DNA from: Yuukianura sp. NJ FZ-2021
Lineage: Eukaryota
Length of the DNA stretch: 64,000 nt
Direction: 5' to 3'
Assembly (NCBI GenBank): GCA_046563655.1
Contig: CM102285.1
Coordinates: 9,796,001-9,860,000 of the forward strand
The notes under the pieces are model-generated. The model was not told the origin of the DNA. It saw only the letters and a list, made by a program, of their open reading frames with translations, and ran no database searches. A program made the translations under genes and the position numbers. Shown here in pieces: positions 58,601 through 64,000 of this stretch (the first letter of the stretch is position 1; each line of letters begins with the position of its first letter).

Positions 58601-61600
58601 CAATCGACTAAGACGGTAAGCTTTTCCTACAGTGGGTAAATAAAGCCCAGCCTCTGAGGTATCATTCTTACGACAAAACTTTCACTTCCAGGCAACCTAT
58701 TCCCCATTTTATGCCGTTGTATACCTTCCACACGTCATTGTCCTCTGGCTTTAGTATCCAAGGTGGTGGAGAAGTCTTGCTGTACTTCATCAGTTCAAAA
58801 GTTTTCCTAAGTTGAGAAAGAAAGTTCAACTTTCTTGTGCTACTTGTTCAACTTGTCCTTTTACTCACTCCCTAACCACCACCACTTTCGTCCTCCAGAC
58901 TAGAGAAAATGTAAAGTTGAAATTATTGTAGACTTCGTTAGACCAAGGCACGAACTTTATCAAAACTACAACTTTGAACTCGGGCTAGCTACCAATTTTT
59001 AATAATTTGCTAAACTTTTCCCAGCATAAGAGAGAAAGTCAAAGTGTAAGAAACAGAACATTTTATATTCCCTGCTCAAACATTCTAAAACTATAAATTC
59101 CCTTACTGAAATAGAATTTGAAACACTACTGCTTCACTCCAACCGTATCAAAATTTTATAGCAGCTCTATTTCATAGCTTTTTAGAACAAAGCTCGCGAA
59201 TACTGGTGAAGGGAAGGTGACCAGCCTAACCCAAATCCACAATAATATATACAACAACTTGTAACCTAAATTTATATTTTAGAAGTACAAATCACTTGTA
59301 GCTTGTTTTGATTAATGAAGTTAGGTTCATAATTAATAGGTAACTCAAATCCAGTACACCATTGAAGAGGCAACGAGGAATTTAATTATGCTCCGGGCAG
59401 CTTCCATATTGAACCAAGCAACTTTCTCCGCACCATAAAATAGCTCGCAGCAGTTCTAATGTAAAGTGCTGTCTAATACTAGGAGTAACGTTCTAATATG
59501 AAATTGGAGCAGCAAAATCAAAATACCAGGAATTCTTAGTATAAAATGATGGTTAAACGTAGATTGACCTTTGAAACGACTCCAATGCCCAGATAATAAA
59601 AGAACATCATCAATCGACTCCCATTTTGAAACCAAACTTCAGGCTAAAAGAGAAAGCAAAAGGCTCGTTTTACGACAAACCATTAACTTTAATAGCGAAT
59701 CTTTCGCCAAAATATTCAAAACTATCAAACTCTTATGGCTTGCAACGACTTTCCACAGAAAATTTCATATCAAAAGAAACCAAACTGCTACGAAATTGTG
59801 CTACTAAAGTTCATTTTCTCCAGCAAAGTTAATTATTTTAATTAATTAACTGTTGATGACATCGCCACACTTTAGTTAATTAAACTTATACACACTGAAT
59901 CTCATGTTTGATATAGAAGATCGCAGATTACATTTGCAGAGATGAGATTTAGCAATAAACTGAACTAAACTGACCAACTCCATTATAACTTTTTATTCTC
60001 TTCCAGAGACAAAGGACAGCTTAGCAATTAGAGTGAATATTTACTAAAGATTAATAATAAAAAGACACAAATTGAATTTAAACAATTAATCTAACGTTAA
60101 CCATTAAGTTAATTTTAGGTTTAAGGTTTTTTGAAACGGAAGTTTACTTTGGTTTTCAGAAGACCAAAAACAGCCTCCCCAACATCTTTTTTAGATTTAA
60201 TTAATAATAATAATAACAAGAGCAGAGATTTTCATTATAACACCTACACAAGGAATGTTCTAATTAATCAGGTTCTGCATTCTCCTTGTTCCTCATCTCC
60301 ATTACTCAGCCCCACAAATTCAACCACTCTCTGCCAACAGATTTGATTAAAATTTTCCAAAATTCCATAATTCCACTCAAATCCAATTCTGTTTTTAGAA
60401 ATGCCCAAAATGAAATCAATACCAAAAATTTTGAAATAAAATCAAACCCCAGTTGCCTCACTTTTCTCCAGAAGTCTAGACATTTTAATTGCAGTGAATT
60501 CAAAATATAGCTTTCACCACTTTAATTTCCTCTCAAAAGACCTAAATCCCATACTTTAATTTCCTGGCTTAATTATTATATGGTTATTAACAATTGGTCT
60601 GCTGAGCTAAGTTTAACTTTTAGTGAGGGGGAAATGATTGCCACTTGCCAACAAATGTTAGACGCACGAGTCTAACTCAAACCCAAGGTAGACATATAAC
60701 ACATCATCCTTAATAACCCATTTGAGTTAATAATTAATTATTATGGGGGGAAATGTTGTTCCATGACTAGGAGTTGCCTAGGATTGGACAGAAGTTACAC
60801 ATTCTGCTGGATTCGGAAATCCAAAGTATTAAATTTCCTAATGGTTACACTTTTTAGTCCAAATCCATTTCAATTTCCTGGTTCATAGACTTTGAGAGAA
60901 ACAGAAAATGGAACTAAAATGTTTAATATTTTAGAAAGTATTGCAGCTTCTGTCATAACTCCTGTTGTTCTTGATGAACAAGTTTAATTAAAGTTTTTAG
61001 CCTAACCTTATCCCGCCCTCCAAGCACAAATTGTAGGCAATGATAAATGTTTGGTAGTAATTCTTAATTTAATTGATAATTTATATTCAGTTAAATTTCT
61101 GCCCACTAAATCCTTTCCCTTTTAATATCAAAGTGCAAAGAGAGTTGAAACATTTCCAAAATTTTATGGGGGGAAAGTGGAAAGTTTTAATTTTAATGAA
61201 AATTAGAGTTTAAACTAAAATTTGGGAAGCATAATAATTGCCAATTTTTGAAAAAAAAAAACTTGGGAGAAAGGTATGTTCCAATTTGCCGTTCAGATCA
61301 CAATGATATTCCACTCTTTTTTTTCTTTTGACTTTCTCCGAATTTACTTTTAAGATTATACAATTCGTGTTAAGTCTTTTCAAATGCAGAAAAAAAAACA
61401 TTAGGTTTTAGCACTTTCACTGCAACGATAAGCACAATTTGGGTTGGGGTTTTGGTGGCAAGAATCACACATTATTATGGTCATGATCAAAACATGGAAA
61501 TCTCTTACACAAACACAAAATTCTTCTTGAAATTTGGACCGGAAAAAGTTGCAGGTCCGCATTTAGCAAGAACAACAAACACTCCATCACAATTCCCAAT

Positions 61601-62144
61601 GGTGAGACACAAGAGAGATTATGCTGTCAGAAAACAAACATTATTCTGACAAATCTTACTCTTTTGTAGTATCATGTAACGTGTTTTGTGCTTTCAAGGT
61701 AAGTATTTAGTAAGTGGGCCCTTAAGTCTACCGAGGGTATCATGTTGCTCATTTGTTGCATTTTAAGTTAAGTGTGAAATCTCATGGTCAATTGTTACAA
61801 GTCTAAATTTATTTTTGTGAATTAAAATAGTGGAATTAAGGGAGAATGTGATGATGGTTTTTTGGAAGAATGAGAAGTGAGAAATGATGAGTTATGAGGA
61901 CAGGCGATGCGTGTTTTTGGTGAAAGAGGGTTAAGGTCATGACCTTGGTCAACTAGTCTCTAAGGATGTGCTAATTATTGAAGAAGCGTAAATGTTGATT
62001 TATAGACAATTTGATCAATTCCCATGGTTGATTCGGGTCTCGTGTCCTTTTAGCTTTAGATGTCTTCCCTCTGCACTGCCAACAACGTTTAGAATTTAAG
62101 TGGAGCTGACTGGATAGTGGTTCTGTTTGATGGGTCCTACTTCA

Positions 62145-62327
62145 TTATGTTCCTGGAGCAAGCATCTTGGACAGTTCCTCGTCCTGGAGACAACCCTTGA
62201 GAAACTCCTCTTGCGTCAACTGACCATCTCCATTCTCATCCATCTTTGCAAAGATGCTCTTGGCTCTTTCTTCCGCTGAGTCTTGGGGTCTATTAGATGA
62301 ATTTGTGCCTAACATGTCATAGATTGC
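62145..62327 (-). CDS. Last coding exon of a second neuronal calcium sensor (NCS-2-like); upstream exons not found in the window
   Basis: Acceptor tttttacag at 62328, then AIYDMLGTNSSNRPQDSAEERAKSIFAKMDENGDGQLTQEEFLKGCLQDEELSKMLAPGT*, containing EF-hand 4. It resembles the invertebrate NCS-2 subfamily rather than frequenin or neurocalcin. Confidence 0.88.
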   Translation of the reverse strand, partial: AIYDMLGTNSSNRPQDSAEERAKSIFAKMDENGDGQLTQEEFLKGCLQDEELSKMLAPGT

Positions 62328-64000
62328 CTGTAAAAAGTGAAAAGAGAAAACGAGATTAGTTTCAAACAAACCCAGCAAATTCCGTGCCAAAAAGTTGCGC
62401 CCAGCTATTCCACGATTCTCGATCCACCAAAATATGGAGCAGAACATGGGAGTTAACAATTATGGAGACGTTTTAGCCGTTCTTGTACATTCTCGTAGAC
62501 AGAACACGCTATCTCGTTTCTAAAACTGTCCTGCATCCAGTTGTCCATCGATTAACAAACACGCCACAAATTCGACACATTTCTGTTCCATTATTACACA
62601 AATTCCTTCATTTCTATTCCATTCCGCCTGATCACTGATTTCCGATGGCCTTTGTTCTTAAATTATTAGACTCCAAGCTCGTAAACTTTACCAAACACAT
62701 TAATCTTCCAACTGACCAACTTCTACAGAAATAAATCCAACTTTAGAATGAGGTTTGGGCAGTGGAGCGAATTTTCAAACTTGAAATTGGGCTCTAGTGG
62801 CCAATTAAAGTTTTTCGAAAAAAGGGAGGTTCAAATTATCATCAAATCCATTTCCAATTCCCAAATCCCACAGAATTCTAAATTCGCGAGCTCAGTTGGA
62901 TTCGATTTTCATTTGGGAAAGAAGAAAATGGAGAAATGATCACAGACTTTTCTCAGGAAAGAAAGAAAAGAAAGTTTTTGGAAAGAGAAAGAATTTTCAT
63001 TGGTTTCCTAAATCAAATGGATCTTAAGCTCCCTACCTTTACGCCTTCCTACTTTCCCCAAAATCTTAAATTCAGTAGAACGTGAAAGTGGAGTTCTGTC
63101 TCTCCTGCAGTCAGAAAAAGTTTATTTATAGCATTTTAAAATGGATCCCTTGAGAAAATGAGCACGTAGAGCACTTGAACTGCAAGGATAAGGGCCTTCT
63201 TCACGTTTTGAACAGAACAACTACCGCAAAAACTTCAAAATCAACCAAAAACTTTACAATCCCATCCAATTCCAAAACTTTTCCGTCATTTTTCAAAAAA
63301 ATGTGATTCGTAGACGAACGGTGTGTCAAAACCTTCAACCATCTCCTTCTCTCTAACGTTTGAAAACCTAAACTGAAAAACGAGAATTTTTGAATTCGGC
63401 TGTTCAGTTTTTTCGACTAGCATTTTTAAGTTGAATGACGGAATGAAGATAACTTTCTCCAGTGAAACCATTTTTTAAACAAAAACGAAAAGTAGCTGCT
63501 ACAGAGACGTCACTTGCTTGGATTGACATGCAAAATGTTCTACCTCAAACGAACATCCAAGAAGTTGGCCTTCAAAGTGACGCTTCTAAAAAACACTTTT
63601 CTTTTTCGCTTGTTCCTAGCACACCAGAATTAAGCGAAAGAAAGTTCTTTCCAGTTTCTTTCTTTTTCCAAATGGATCGATACACGTCATCCCCCGTTTC
63701 TCTTTGCCCAAAAATTCAACTTTCCCTGCCGAAAAAGAAAAGAAAGTGTGAGCAGTCGCAACTTTCAGTCTCTTGCCTTACCTGAAGTCGAATTATCCTT
63801 CAGAATTGGACTTGGTTAGGGAATGCACCTAAAGTGGATGATGTCACCAGTACACTTTCTTCCAAATGGAGTCCCTGGACTTTTTGTCTATCTGGCACTC
63901 ACTCTGCCATTAATAAAATATAACATTCTTTCAAGAGCCTTTCCCATTTCCTGAGAAGGGAATAAATGGCGGGAAAAGGGGTCTGCTTAGCATGCATGAA

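Noticed and set aside
61933..61946. Palindrome AAGGTCATGACCTT resembling a nuclear-receptor IR0 element
   Set aside because: A single occurrence in a probable 3'UTR; function cannot be inferred from sequence alone.

Overview
Eukaryotic, AT-rich invertebrate (probably arthropod) genomic DNA with mostly 55-130 nt spliceosomal introns; no prokaryotic operons, CRISPR arrays, rRNA or tRNA genes were seen. I spliced gene models by hand, checking splice sites and phase. Left to right: a large uncharacterised gene running off the left edge (-); intronless METTL26 (+); an 18-kb, 5-exon gene encoding a 577-aa disordered protein with RVxF motifs and a polybasic CaaX tail (+); a secreted lipocalin-like gene and its internally deleted tandem pseudogene (-); a secreted Q/P-rich orphan (-); a divergent UFD1-like gene (+); a possible small membrane protein (-); a 13-exon miniature collagen XV/XVIII-like gene with a trimerization domain but no endostatin domain (-); a single-domain ACE-like metallopeptidase (+); a tyrosylprotein-sulfotransferase-like gene with substituted catalytic residues and a GC-AG intron (-); neurocalcin (-); and the last exon of a second neuronal calcium sensor (-). 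Six non-autonomous DNA transposons are visible from their terminal inverted repeats, most with target-site duplications. Most interesting: the probable TPST pseudoenzyme, the endostatin-less mini-multiplexin, the CaaX/PP1-motif protein, and a perfect-TIR MITE inserted into a splice donor. Family assignments rest on motifs recalled from memory; no database searches were run. I found no single new biological system that I can support strongly.
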